NCBI GenBank assembly: GCA_002937585.1
Contig: PTKE01000005.1
Location: 1 to 62,024, forward strand
DNA length: 62,024 bases
Source of the DNA: Alphaproteobacteria bacterium MarineAlpha9_Bin6
GTDB lineage: Bacteria; Pseudomonadota; Alphaproteobacteria; UBA7887
Direction of reading: 5' to 3'
Shown: one piece after another, positions 1 to 9,635 of the stretch
Numbering within the stretch: position 1 is the first letter of the stretch
Layout of the letters: each line of letters begins with the position of its first letter
The notes under the pieces: generated by a model
Told to the model about the DNA's origin: nothing
Seen by the model: only the letters and a program-made list of their open reading frames with translations
The model's database searches: none
Program-made: the position numbers and the translations under genes

Positions 1-221
1 CCTCCACTCCCTGCTTCCTTATAATCTTGGGCGTTGTAGTAGATCTCACCGAGGTTTTGCTGGGCATTGACATACCCTTGTTAGGCAAGAGGCAACCATT
101 CACGCAGAGTAGTTGCGAAGTCCCCACTCTGGGCAGCCTCCAACCCTTTCTGGAAATCAGCACACGATGCTCCCGAAATGAACAGGAGAGAGAAGACAAT
201 GATAGAAAGCAGAAATCTCAT
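1..221 (-). pseudogene. Secreted Sel1-repeat protein, 5' part, with in-frame stop
   Basis: Manual translation from ATG 221: MRFLLSIIVFSLLFISGASCADFQKGLEAAQSGDFATTLREWLPLA*QGYVNAQQNLGEIYY. Signal peptide plus typical Sel1 'PLAEQG.A.AQ.NLG..Y' pattern; TAA at 81-83 replaces the expected Glu. Runs off the window edge. Confidence 0.75.
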
Positions 222-665
222 ATGGATATGCTATGCCCACACGAAAATTAGGGCATTAAGGGGTAAACGCAGGGTTTTATCCCTTTAACAGGCCTGATTC
301 TGCACTTTCGGTCACTAATGATGGACTAAGCGGGCCGCATTACAGGAGCCAGAGAGATGCTTCGTAATCTGTTTCTATTCGTGTGCCGTCACTGTTGCCG
401 GTCAAAGTGGGTAGTGCTTTTGATATAGATGATTTGCCTCCGTGTGAGTGGTTCAGCCTATCCGTCAATATGTGGACCGGCTGTAAAGGAACTCATACGT
501 TGCCATTCTGTTAGTAAATCTGCTGGAAATCCGCCTTGTAGCACTTTAGGCCATTCTATAAGATTGACTACTGTAGATGGTGAAAGCATGTTTTTGCTGA
601 GCTTTCGTTTTCGCGGATTGTTTCGGCAAATTTCATTCCAAAGGATGAAAGGACAAGCGGAAACG

Positions 666-1877
666 ATGGCGAGGAAAACAAAGTTCTTTGCCGCGATCTG
701 TGTGGCGGTTTTGGTAGGCGGGTGTTCTTTTGTCCAGGACGGCTTATGGCCAATCCTGGGTGAGGATCCCGAGCCAGTTCGGACAGCTCGAGTACAAGTA
801 GGGGGTTCATTGCCTGCTCCTCGGTCCTCCGTTGTTGAGGAATTAGCCGTGGCCGCGCCTGGCGGAAATGCGGTTGTTCAGGCGGCACCTGGCGCACCTG
901 AGGTCGTTCCATTGCCTACACGCCCGTCCGAGAGCGGTCCTACCACGGGGACTTATGTTGGTGGCAAGATCACGACGCTAAAGGGTGAGTTGAATTTGCT
1001 CAAAGCGACTCTGGGCGCGCAGAACAATGAATTTCAACAACTGCTCAACAGTACGACGCAGAACTCCCAGCGTTATCATGCCGTGGTGGCCGCAATTAGT
1101 GCGCGCCTTCAGATTGGTACCACGCCAGGCAATCCAGTTTTGAATAGCCAATGGCAAAGTGCACAAACCGAGCTTGATCGGGTGTTTCAAGGTACGTCTA
1201 GGCTAAACGAGCTGTCGAATCGGATCGCTTCTAATTCGGCGCTTGCTAATTATCTGGTTGAGTCTACACGCGCAGCATACGGTATTCAGGGTGCGGTCGA
1301 CGAAGATCATCGTCAGCTCTCAGTGCTTGAGGACGACGTCAGTCGCACGGTGGTATCGATTGAGCGCCTTTTAAACGAGGTGAATGAGACAATTACCCGA
1401 CAAAATAACTACGCGACGGGAGAACGCCGTAGTCTCACTGCTCTCGCCTTGGCGATTAGTAATGGTGAAGCTTTTGGTCCAAACCTAAGCAGTTTCGCAT
1501 TCAGTGAGGCAGTTCGCCTTGCCCACGCTGATTCTGGTTCGAGTGTATCGCAGGCAACAGCAAGTCGGGTTGGGAGGCGTCCACCGTTGGTGGTTATCCG
1601 CTTTGACCGACCCGATGTTGATTATCAGCAGGCGCTGTATACTGCTGTTAGTCAGGCTATTGAACACCGGCCAACGGCTTTGTTTGAAGTTGTAGCCGTA
1701 ACTCCTAATCGGGGTGCTCCGAGCAACGTGGCGGTGAGTAGTGGCGGAGCAAAAAAGAGTGCGGAGAAAGTTCTACGCTCACTGATTGCTATGGGCCTTC
1801 CAGCAGCGCGGTTGAACCTCAGTTCATCAACTAGTGACAGCGCCTTCAGCAATGAGGTTCGTGTCTATATTCGGTAA
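666..1877 (+). CDS. Hypothetical lipoprotein (coiled-coil middle, OmpA-like C-terminus)
   Basis: ORF 429-1877. Likely start ATG 666 gives signal peptide with lipobox LVGGC, a Pro/Ala linker, a long Q/N/S-rich helical region, and a C-terminal 'VIRFD...NEVRVYIR' segment resembling OmpA-type folds. Confidence 0.6.
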   Translation: MARKTKFFAAICVAVLVGGCSFVQDGLWPILGEDPEPVRTARVQVGGSLPAPRSSVVEELAVAAPGGNAVVQAAPGAPEVVPLPTRPSESGPTTGTYVGGKITTLKGELNLLKATLGAQNNEFQQLLNSTTQNSQRYHAVVAAISARLQIGTTPGNPVLNSQWQSAQTELDRVFQGTSRLNELSNRIASNSALANYLVESTRAAYGIQGAVDEDHRQLSVLEDDVSRTVVSIERLLNEVNETITRQNNYATGERRSLTALALAISNGEAFGPNLSSFAFSEAVRLAHADSGSSVSQATASRVGRRPPLVVIRFDRPDVDYQQALYTAVSQAIEHRPTALFEVVAVTPNRGAPSNVAVSSGGAKKSAEKVLRSLIAMGLPAARLNLSSSTSDSAFSNEVRVYIR

Positions 1878-1891
1878 GTTACCTTGAACTT

Positions 1892-2392
1892 TTGCAATTG
1901 CCTGTTAGGCGTATGATCATTATTCGGCTTGCAGGGTCGCTAGCCGCGTGGCGCTGTGCCTCGGTATTGGCTGCGGCGTTGTTTTTGATTGGTGAGCATT
2001 TGGTTTCGGCAGTTTCGGCCGCTGACCCGATTAGCTTGGATGCAGGAGATGGGGTCGAGATTCGCGACATCATCGGGCGCCAGCTAGAGGCTTTCAGAAG
2101 CGATCAAGCAGAGCAAGCATTTTCTTATGCCTCTCCCGGGATTCGGGCAAAATTTGGCAACCCGATCCGTTTTATGTCTATGGTGAAGCAACATTATCCG
2201 GCGGTTTATCGGCCACGAGAGGTTGAGTTTCTCGATTTGGTGAATGTGAAGGGCACTTGGGTGCAAGAAATTTTGTTTGTTGATGCTGGTGGTGATATAT
2301 ACGTCGCCCAGTATCCGATGGAACGTCAGGCTGATGGCAATTGGCTCATCGATGGTTGCATGCTGACCCGACAAGGGGATAAAAGCATATAG
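1892..2392 (+). CDS. DUF4864 family periplasmic protein
   Basis: Signal-like N-terminus; 'I..QLEAFR.D....AFSYASPGIR.KFG....FM.MV...YP.VYRP' and 'Y.MERQ.DG.W.IDGC' motifs. Confidence 0.75.
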   Translation: MQLPVRRMIIIRLAGSLAAWRCASVLAAALFLIGEHLVSAVSAADPISLDAGDGVEIRDIIGRQLEAFRSDQAEQAFSYASPGIRAKFGNPIRFMSMVKQHYPAVYRPREVEFLDLVNVKGTWVQEILFVDAGGDIYVAQYPMERQADGNWLIDGCMLTRQGDKSI

Positions 2393-2516
2393 GGTCCGCG
2401 TTTTTGCAGAGCTCTCTTGACTTTTGTCGTTTTTTTATAGCGCTAAATTTGCACAAACTTCAGGGTTAAAGCGCTGGCAGAATTCCTGTGCAGCAGAAAC
2501 GGTTCGGTGGCATGTG

Positions 2517-3380
2517 CTAAATCGCCGGCGGCATGACCGGCCAATTGTCTATCAATCGGGTTTTATTGACGGTTATAGCGGTTAATAGACGCGCAGGTGC
2601 GGTTAATTTCTCGACTGGGGCTAAGGTCTCCGCGTTGCAGAGTTCAATATATTCCGGGGGGGCACCAACTTTTTCAATTAGTTGGGTGTGTGCCTTAGCT
2701 AGCTCTTTAGGCGGCATGTGACCTGCCGTTAGCCGGGCTGCAGTAGTAGCGAGAATGACGTTGATTTGCGCGGCCCGGGCGCGTCCCTCTTCGTTTAAGT
2801 AAACATTTCTTGAAGAGATAGCTAGTCCGTCGGCTTCGCGCACTGTTGGCACCCCACATATTTCAATTGGTATATCGAGATCTTTCACCATGCGTCGGAT
2901 CACCTGAAGTTGCTGATAATCTTTTTCTCCGAATACGGCGACATCGGGAAGGCATTGGTTGAAAAATTTAGCGCATACAGTAGCGACGCCGCTGTAATGG
3001 CCGGGTCTTGCGATGGCGCATAAATTTTGGGTCAGGCTTGGTACGTCGATTGTCGTCGAAAAGTTGCTAGGATAAATTTCGCCGACTGGTGGCAAAAACG
3101 CCAGGTCCACTTGGTGGGCTGCGAGTATGGAAAGGTCATTTTGCTCATCGCGGGGGTATCGTTCGAAATCGTCATCGGGTCCAAATTGTTTTGGATTAAC
3201 AAAAATACTGACAACGCTTTTTGAGCAACTCTGACGGCCCGCTTCTATCAAAGCTATATGTGCGTTGTGCAAGTAGCCCATTGTGGGGACCAACGCTACT
3301 TTCTCATTTCGCCTGTGCCAGGCATCAACCCGTGCCCGTAGGTCGGTTGCAGTGCGGACAACTTCCGTCATGCCAAACAA
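2517..3380 (-). CDS. panC: Pantoate--beta-alanine ligase
   Basis: VPTMG.LH..H, SIFVNP.QF, RPGH, FGEKDYQQ, READGLA.SSRN, RLIDN motifs. Confidence 0.95.
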   Translation of the reverse strand: MFGMTEVVRTATDLRARVDAWHRRNEKVALVPTMGYLHNAHIALIEAGRQSCSKSVVSIFVNPKQFGPDDDFERYPRDEQNDLSILAAHQVDLAFLPPVGEIYPSNFSTTIDVPSLTQNLCAIARPGHYSGVATVCAKFFNQCLPDVAVFGEKDYQQLQVIRRMVKDLDIPIEICGVPTVREADGLAISSRNVYLNEEGRARAAQINVILATTAARLTAGHMPPKELAKAHTQLIEKVGAPPEYIELCNAETLAPVEKLTAPARLLTAITVNKTRLIDNWPVMPPAI

Positions 3381-3563
3381 TTAGATGACTTGTCAGGTTA
3401 CTTCCATCTCAATGTGCACAGTAATTCTGACCTAGTGATTGGTCAATCCAGCGCCATATGATTTACAATTTTTACTTCGAAAATTTCAGTGCCGATTGCA
3501 TTGCGGTTAATCTCGATTTACGTCAAAGACTCTCTAATATTAGCCTAGATTAGTTCCGACAGC

Positions 3564-5351
3564 GTGGGTGGTGCGAAGATGATAAATGCTGCAATGGCCG
3601 TGTCGAGACCGAAGACCAAACACGTCGCATGTCTTGTATTATCTGGGTCGCTGTGGACTTGGATGGCTTTTGCAGCTGAAGGCGGGGCACCAGAATCTTC
3701 CGGTGGGCATATGCCACAGGGTCTGGTGAGGGAGGGGCAGGAATTGATTGCTGTGGCCAATCCTCACGCTGCAAACTTGGGTGCGGCCATCCTACGAGCC
3801 GGAGGCAGTGCGCTAGATGCAGCCATCACGGCTCAATTAGTGCTTAATCTGGTTGAGCCTCAGTCATCTGGGTTGGGTGGCGGAGCCTTCTTACTCTATT
3901 TTGATTCTGCCTCCGGAGAATTGACTAGCTACGACGGGCGCGAAACCGCCCCGGCTTCAGCAAAGCCTAATATGTTTCTCGAGCCAGACGGCGCCTCGCC
4001 CGGTTACCTCGCGGCCTTGGTGGGGGGGAACTCAGTCGGTACTCCCGGGTTATTGCGTATGCTGGCGCTTGCACACGGGGCCCATGGGCGTTTGTCTTGG
4101 GCCGAACTATTTGTGCCAGCAATAGATCTTGCAGAGAACGGGTTCGCTATCAGTCCACGCCTCCATGCGCTAGCTGGAAAGGTCCCTACCCTCACACAGT
4201 TTAATATGACAGCAGAATATTTCTTAGCGTCTGATGGGCGGCCAAAAGCAGTGGGTACGAAGCTTGTCAACGGGGCCTTTGCCCAAACGTTGCGGGAGCT
4301 CGCCGCGGGGGGCGCGGAATTGTTTTACCTTGGGCCAATTGCGCGTGAAATTGCCGAAACGGTCACTTTTGCGACAGTTAATCCGGGTGGGTTGACGGTT
4401 TCGGATATTGCTAATTATCGGCCAAGTATACGACCTCCGGTATGCGCTGATTACCGGGGCTTTCTCGTATGTGGTATGGGGCCACCGAGTTCTGGAGGGA
4501 TTGCAGTGTTGCAGATCCTTGGTTTGCTTGCACATTTTGATATGGGTTCCATGACTCCGTGGTCGGTGGATGCGGCGCATCTATTTTTAGAAGCAAGTCG
4601 CCTGGCTTTTGCTGATCGTGCGCGATATGTCGCGGATCCCGATTTCGTTAGTGTGCCGGTAAAGGGGTTATTAGACGGAATTTATCTTGACCAACGTGCC
4701 GCTCTCATCAACCCAATGATTGCCAACGGCGCGGCCACACCGGGCTTGCCGCCTGGGGCCCAAGCTAGCTTTTTTGCGGACGATGATTCAGCTGAGCTTC
4801 TGTCGACCACGCATATCAGCATCTTTGACCGATACGGTAACGTCGCTTCAATGACAAGTAGCATCGAGTTTGCGTTTGGTTCAGCCTTAATGGTGCGTGG
4901 TTTTTTGCTAAATAATCAGTTGACCGATTTTTCTTTTACTTCTGTACGTGATGGTTTCCCCGTCGCTAACCGGGTAGAACCCGGAAAACGACCACGTAGT
5001 TCAATGGCACCAACGGTGGTTTTTGACGGAAGTGGCCATCCATTGTTGGCGATCGGTTCTCCAGGCGGCTCGCGTATTATTTGCTACGTAGCAAAGGCTT
5101 TGATCGGTGTGATTGATTGGGGTCTGGATCTCGACCAAGCGGTTACACATGCGAACTTGTGCAATCGGAATGGTCCTTCAGAGCTTGAGGCGGGTAGTTC
5201 AATGCTTGATCTAGGAGCATCCTTGGAAGAGCGCGGCCATGAAGTCGTTATACGCGAAATGAACAGTGGCTTGCATGCGGTTATGGTGGCAGGTGATAGT
5301 TTGGTTGGGGCAGCGGATCCTCGTCGTGAGGGCGCAGTGCGAGGCCGCTGA
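3564..5351 (+). CDS. ggt: Gamma-glutamyltransferase
   Basis: VEPQSSGLGGGAF, YDGRETAP, PPSSGG, nucleophile 'STTH', NNQLTDF, PGKRPRSSMAP, GSPGG, ADPRREG. Confidence 0.93.
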   Translation: MGGAKMINAAMAVSRPKTKHVACLVLSGSLWTWMAFAAEGGAPESSGGHMPQGLVREGQELIAVANPHAANLGAAILRAGGSALDAAITAQLVLNLVEPQSSGLGGGAFLLYFDSASGELTSYDGRETAPASAKPNMFLEPDGASPGYLAALVGGNSVGTPGLLRMLALAHGAHGRLSWAELFVPAIDLAENGFAISPRLHALAGKVPTLTQFNMTAEYFLASDGRPKAVGTKLVNGAFAQTLRELAAGGAELFYLGPIAREIAETVTFATVNPGGLTVSDIANYRPSIRPPVCADYRGFLVCGMGPPSSGGIAVLQILGLLAHFDMGSMTPWSVDAAHLFLEASRLAFADRARYVADPDFVSVPVKGLLDGIYLDQRAALINPMIANGAATPGLPPGAQASFFADDDSAELLSTTHISIFDRYGNVASMTSSIEFAFGSALMVRGFLLNNQLTDFSFTSVRDGFPVANRVEPGKRPRSSMAPTVVFDGSGHPLLAIGSPGGSRIICYVAKALIGVIDWGLDLDQAVTHANLCNRNGPSELEAGSSMLDLGASLEERGHEVVIREMNSGLHAVMVAGDSLVGAADPRREGAVRGR

Positions 5352-5604
5352 GCACGATTCCTGTAGACCTGTATATTTAATTTTAGGCTTATATATCGTG
5401 TATGGGGCGATCGGAAATGTGTGGCGAGCTTAAAGACTATAGTGGCAGTTAGTCCTTGTTCCTGCTATGGGCGCCTATATTTCTTGCTCTATCGGGTTTT
5501 TTTGGTGCGGGTAGCTTGGACCGTTGCTTGAAAGTGCAGTGTTGGTTACTTAAGTCCAGGGCCAAGTAACTAAAGTCCATCGTTCAGACCCATCAAGACT
5601 GAGT

Positions 5605-5644
5605 CCCGTAAAAAGCGGGTTGCTCGTTTGGGGGCGTTGTAATG
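5605..5644 (+). promoter_or_regulatory. Candidate ROSE-type RNA thermometer in hsp20 leader
   Basis: Hairpin CCCG-taaaaag-CGGG followed by GUUGCUC-guuu-GGGGGC. The UUGCU motif with a bulged G pairs with the G-rich SD region just before ATG 5642. Confidence 0.5.
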
Positions 5645-6070
5645 GCACGTTCATCTATATTTGGTAGTCCGATGTTGGTGGGATTTGAGCCGTTCGAGCG
5701 GATGCTTGAACAAATGTCTAAGGCTTCATCCGATGGCTATCCACCCTACAATATAGAGCAGCTCAACGAGCGTCAGTTCAGGATTTCTCTCGCTGTTGCG
5801 GGATTTGGGCCAGAGGAGTTGAGTGTAGTGGTCGATGATAGTCGACTAACAATTTCCGGACACCATCGTGAGGACGGACACCAAAGTTTTCTCCATCGCG
5901 GCATCGCGACCCGACAATTTCAGCGTAGCTTTTTGTTGGCTAACGGACTCGAAATTTCCGGATCTTGGTTGGATAACGGCATGCTCCATATCGACATCGT
6001 GCGTCTTGATCCGGGGACGCGTGTCCGACAAATCGAAATTAGAAGCTCGCCAAAGAACGGTTCGCAATAA
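5642..6070 (+). CDS. Small heat-shock protein (Hsp20/IbpA family)
   Basis: YPPYNIE, LAVAGF, LHRGIA.RQF.RSF.LA, L.NG.L.ID motifs. Confidence 0.93.
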   Translation: MARSSIFGSPMLVGFEPFERMLEQMSKASSDGYPPYNIEQLNERQFRISLAVAGFGPEELSVVVDDSRLTISGHHREDGHQSFLHRGIATRQFQRSFLLANGLEISGSWLDNGMLHIDIVRLDPGTRVRQIEIRSSPKNGSQ

Positions 6071-6090
6071 ATACATTAGGAGAAAATTAT

Positions 6091-7734
6091 TTATCCTGCA
6101 GCTAAGGGTATCCGGACGACGAAGCAGGCTCCGGACACCGTGGTTTTTTCGTTGTCCCTTGATGCTCGGTTTGAAGCCACTACACCTCCTCCATGTGCTT
6201 CCAAAATTTGTCTTGCGATGCTTAGCCCTAACCCTGAGTGATCGCCAAATTTCTCGCCCGCTGGCCGGTCACTGTAAAAACGCTTGAATACGCTATCGAT
6301 GCTTCCCAGCGGCAAGCCCGGACCTTCATCCTCAACGAGGATTTCGGCGAATTCGTCTCGGTTGTCCAGTGAGATGCTAACTTTCCCACCGTCCGGGCTA
6401 AAACTGATCGCATTGTCCAGAAGATTTCGAAAGGCTTGAGCAAGCTGGCTTTCAATTCCTTGCACCAAAACTGGTTTTCTCAATTCCGAGATGAACTCTA
6501 AGTGCACCTCCCGCAAATCAGCCCGCGCGCCGTAGACTTCAACCATGGCACTGAGCATGTTTTGTAATTGGACAGGCTCAGTGAGGCCTCTTGCAAGTTC
6601 AGCATCCAAACGGGAGGCTGCGGAAATATCTGTGATCAACCGGTCCATCCGGCGGATGTCGTCGTTCAATATTTTAAATAACCGGTCACGCTTATGTGGA
6701 TCATCAATGCTCTGGAGTGTCTCAGCGGCGCTACGCAGGCTGGATAAGGGATTTTTTAGCTCGTGCGCGACATCCGCGGCGAAACCCTCAACTGCGTCAA
6801 TGCGTTCCCATAGTGTCTCAGTCATGCGACGTAGGGCCACACTCAGTTCTCCGATCTCATCACGCCGCGCCGATAGATTTGGAATCTCTTGGGCCCGTCC
6901 TAGATCGCGGGCAACGCGGTCGGCACTAGCTGCAAGCCAACGTATCGGGCGTGCAACAGAGCGTGCTAAATAAGTGGATAGCAGGGCTGTGACCAAAAAT
7001 GCTAGCGCTGAAAGTAACAAGATTTGAATGCGCATAGACTGCACGCGCGCGTCTATACCGGTAGTGTCCGCGGTCAAAAGCAAAGCACCGACTACCTGTT
7101 TAAAACGCTGGACTGGTGCCGCGGCTAATAAAATTGCGCCCCCGTGCTCCAGTCGTTGGACACTAGCAGTCTTATCTCCGCTGAGTGCATTAGCTACTTC
7201 GAGATAATGGTTGGCAGTCTGGTCTGGGTATTCAATGTAGCGTTGCAAATTGGCACGTCCCCCGCGGTCCACCCAACGACTTAACTGGGAAAGCCATTGC
7301 TTTATAGCGCCAATCATAACTGGGGATGGTAATTCTTTAAGGCGCACTTCTGCGCCACCCACTGCGAGAAGGCGCGTATCCGCTATCAGTTGGCCGCTAG
7401 GATCGAACAACCTAGCGCGAAGCTTAATTGGTGGAACCAGCCGTCGAAGGACCTGCTGACTGCGTTTGGTGTCAATTTGTTGCGGCAGAATGGGGTCACG
7501 AGGGACGGCGCTTTCACCGAGGGCGGCAGCGAAAGCCTCCGCTTCGGTTTGTAGTGCGTCTAAGCGCTCGATCATTAAACCTCGCTGATATTGGGCAAGG
7601 TAAAGAATGCCTCCGGCTACAATTGCCAGCGCAACAATATTGATTGCAAGTAGCCGAAGAGTAAGCTTTGAAATCGCCGGTGACTTATAAACAGGCCGCA
7701 TCGCCATCGGGTGCGTTTCAACGGCGATACCCAT
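6091..7734 (-). CDS. chvG: Sensor histidine kinase ChvG/ExoS
   Basis: Two TM segments, HAMP, FAADVAHELKNPL H-box, NLLDNA, DEGPG, FYSDRP, HSGLGLSI. Directly downstream of chvI. Start uncertain (ORF extends to 7899, overlapping chvI). Confidence 0.88.
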   Translation of the reverse strand: MGIAVETHPMAMRPVYKSPAISKLTLRLLAINIVALAIVAGGILYLAQYQRGLMIERLDALQTEAEAFAAALGESAVPRDPILPQQIDTKRSQQVLRRLVPPIKLRARLFDPSGQLIADTRLLAVGGAEVRLKELPSPVMIGAIKQWLSQLSRWVDRGGRANLQRYIEYPDQTANHYLEVANALSGDKTASVQRLEHGGAILLAAAPVQRFKQVVGALLLTADTTGIDARVQSMRIQILLLSALAFLVTALLSTYLARSVARPIRWLAASADRVARDLGRAQEIPNLSARRDEIGELSVALRRMTETLWERIDAVEGFAADVAHELKNPLSSLRSAAETLQSIDDPHKRDRLFKILNDDIRRMDRLITDISAASRLDAELARGLTEPVQLQNMLSAMVEVYGARADLREVHLEFISELRKPVLVQGIESQLAQAFRNLLDNAISFSPDGGKVSISLDNRDEFAEILVEDEGPGLPLGSIDSVFKRFYSDRPAGEKFGDHSGLGLSIARQILEAHGGGVVASNRASRDNEKTTVSGACFVVRIPLAAG

Positions 7735-7756
7735 ATCTGCCTGATTTTGCTCCGTG

Positions 7757-8464
7757 TTAGGTGTCTTCTTTATACCGGTATCCGATTCCATATAGCGTTT
7801 CGATCTTTGCAAAATTGGGGTCGATAATACGGAATTTTTTGCGAATCCGTTTGATATGGCTGTCAATAGTACGGTCATCAACATATGTCTGTTCATCATA
7901 TGCTGCGTCTAAAAGCTGGTCTCGGCTGCGTACGTGTCCTGGCCGTTTTGCAAGCGAGGAAAGAATCAGAAATTCGGTTACAGTCAGTGATACAGATTCG
8001 CCGCACCAAGTACACATGTGGCGAGCTGAATCCAGCATTAAGTCTCCGCGAGAGATGCTCTCTTTGGAGTTGTCAATTTCAGCACCCTCAGCCGTTAATA
8101 AGTCGATGCGTCTCAGTAGTGCCTTAATGCGTTCTATAAGCAAGCGGACCGAGAATGGTTTGGTGATATAATCGTCTGCTCCCATCTTAAGGCCGAGCAG
8201 TTCATCAATTTCATCGTCTTTCGAGGTAAGGAAGATAATGGGTAGAGACGACTTCTGTCGCAGTCGGGAAAGTAACTCCATGCCGTTCATGCGTGGCATC
8301 TTTATATCAAGCACGACCAGATCTACTGGATTTTCCCGAAGCCCACGCAATGCCTGCTCACCATCCTTGTACGTGTGCGCTTCAAATCCCTCATTTTCAA
8401 GAGCGATACCGATCGAAGTTAGTATGTTGTGATCGTCATCAACTACGGCAATTTTTGCTGGCAC
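7757..8464 (-). CDS. chvI: OmpR-family response regulator ChvI
   Basis: [59 protein letters not shown]. Confidence 0.93.
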   Translation of the reverse strand: MPAKIAVVDDDHNILTSIGIALENEGFEAHTYKDGEQALRGLRENPVDLVVLDIKMPRMNGMELLSRLRQKSSLPIIFLTSKDDEIDELLGLKMGADDYITKPFSVRLLIERIKALLRRIDLLTAEGAEIDNSKESISRGDLMLDSARHMCTWCGESVSLTVTEFLILSSLAKRPGHVRSRDQLLDAAYDEQTYVDDRTIDSHIKRIRKKFRIIDPNFAKIETLYGIGYRYKEDT

Positions 8465-8690
8465 GCGAATGTCTCTCTCAATGCCTTAATGGCAATACTC
8501 GTAACATGAATATGTCTCACAAAGGTAGGATATGGTTGCCTCACTGTAAAATTTAAGTCTTGGCACTCTTTGCTAGGATTGGCAATTTTGGTTGCTAGCT
8601 GCGGTTTGACCATTAGATTAACAGTGCCTATCGTTTTTACTGGATAATCGCAGTGTTAAGAACTCAGAATTCTTCACGACGAGTGCCAGG

Positions 8691-9422
8691 ATGAGTTTAT
8701 CGTCTCAATCAACTGTTGTTGCTGCTGGTGCGCGTGCTTTGGTTCGTCAATGTGATCGGGCGATACTATCTACGGCACAAGCTGATGAAGGTGGTTGGCC
8801 CTATGGATCCCTGGTCATGACTGCGTGTGACTACGAGGGAAAGCCGATTATGCTGCTTTCGGATCTTGCTGAGCACAGCAAAAATCTCAGTCAGGATGTG
8901 CGAGCTTCATTATTGTTTGATGCTACTGATGGCCTTGAGAATCCATTAACTGGTGCACGGGTCACTGTGATGGGACGTGCAGTTTTGACTAAAACACTAA
9001 CGGATAGGGAGCGTTACTTGGCAAGACATCCGTCTTCTGCCGTATACGTAGATTTTGCTGATTTTAAGTTTTACTCCGTGGAGGTGACACGGGTTCACCA
9101 GGTTGCAGGCTTCGGGCAGATTGATTGGATCTCAGCTGAAGCGTTCCTGTGCGAAACTAGTCGGATGACGGAATTCGCCGCAGTCGAAGCGCAGATTATT
9201 GAAAAGTTAAATCGGGAAAGTATGGATAAGGAGTCACTTTATGGGAGTGTTTCCTTGGTTTTAGCAGGCGACGATTGGAGTTTTACGGGGATCGACCCAG
9301 AAGGCTGTGATCTGCGAGCAGGTAGTCGAGTTAGGCGGATTCTTTTTGATAAGCCTGTGACCGATTTGGCAAGCACTCTAGATGCGCTTAAGGAATTAGC
9401 TGGGCGCACGACCACTGCCTAG
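8691..9422 (+). CDS. HugZ-like pyridoxamine-5'-phosphate-oxidase-fold protein
   Basis: PYGSLV, LLSDLAEH..NL..D.RASLL, RYLARHP, YVDF.DF, VAGFG.I.W, GIDPEG.DL. Confidence 0.85.
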   Translation: MSLSSQSTVVAAGARALVRQCDRAILSTAQADEGGWPYGSLVMTACDYEGKPIMLLSDLAEHSKNLSQDVRASLLFDATDGLENPLTGARVTVMGRAVLTKTLTDRERYLARHPSSAVYVDFADFKFYSVEVTRVHQVAGFGQIDWISAEAFLCETSRMTEFAAVEAQIIEKLNRESMDKESLYGSVSLVLAGDDWSFTGIDPEGCDLRAGSRVRRILFDKPVTDLASTLDALKELAGRTTTA

Positions 9423-9635
9423 TTCAGCTCAGTTGATGATGCGGCGATGATCCAAATGGCTGGCATCACGGATGGTGTCTAGTGGCACATTAATGACATG
9501 GCGCAGGGACGAAGGAAACCTGGTGTTAGTGCCAAGACTCAAACGATTCCCGTTTAAGGACTTCCAAAGCATGTTCTGTAAAGTGGGTCGAGTGATAAAT
9601 AATTCAAAAGTTATATGCCTCCAACGTCGTAACGG

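Noticed and set aside
3255-3295. PanC HIGH-like motif reads HNAH rather than HxGH
   Set aside because: A single conservative change with all other motifs intact; no evidence of inactivation.
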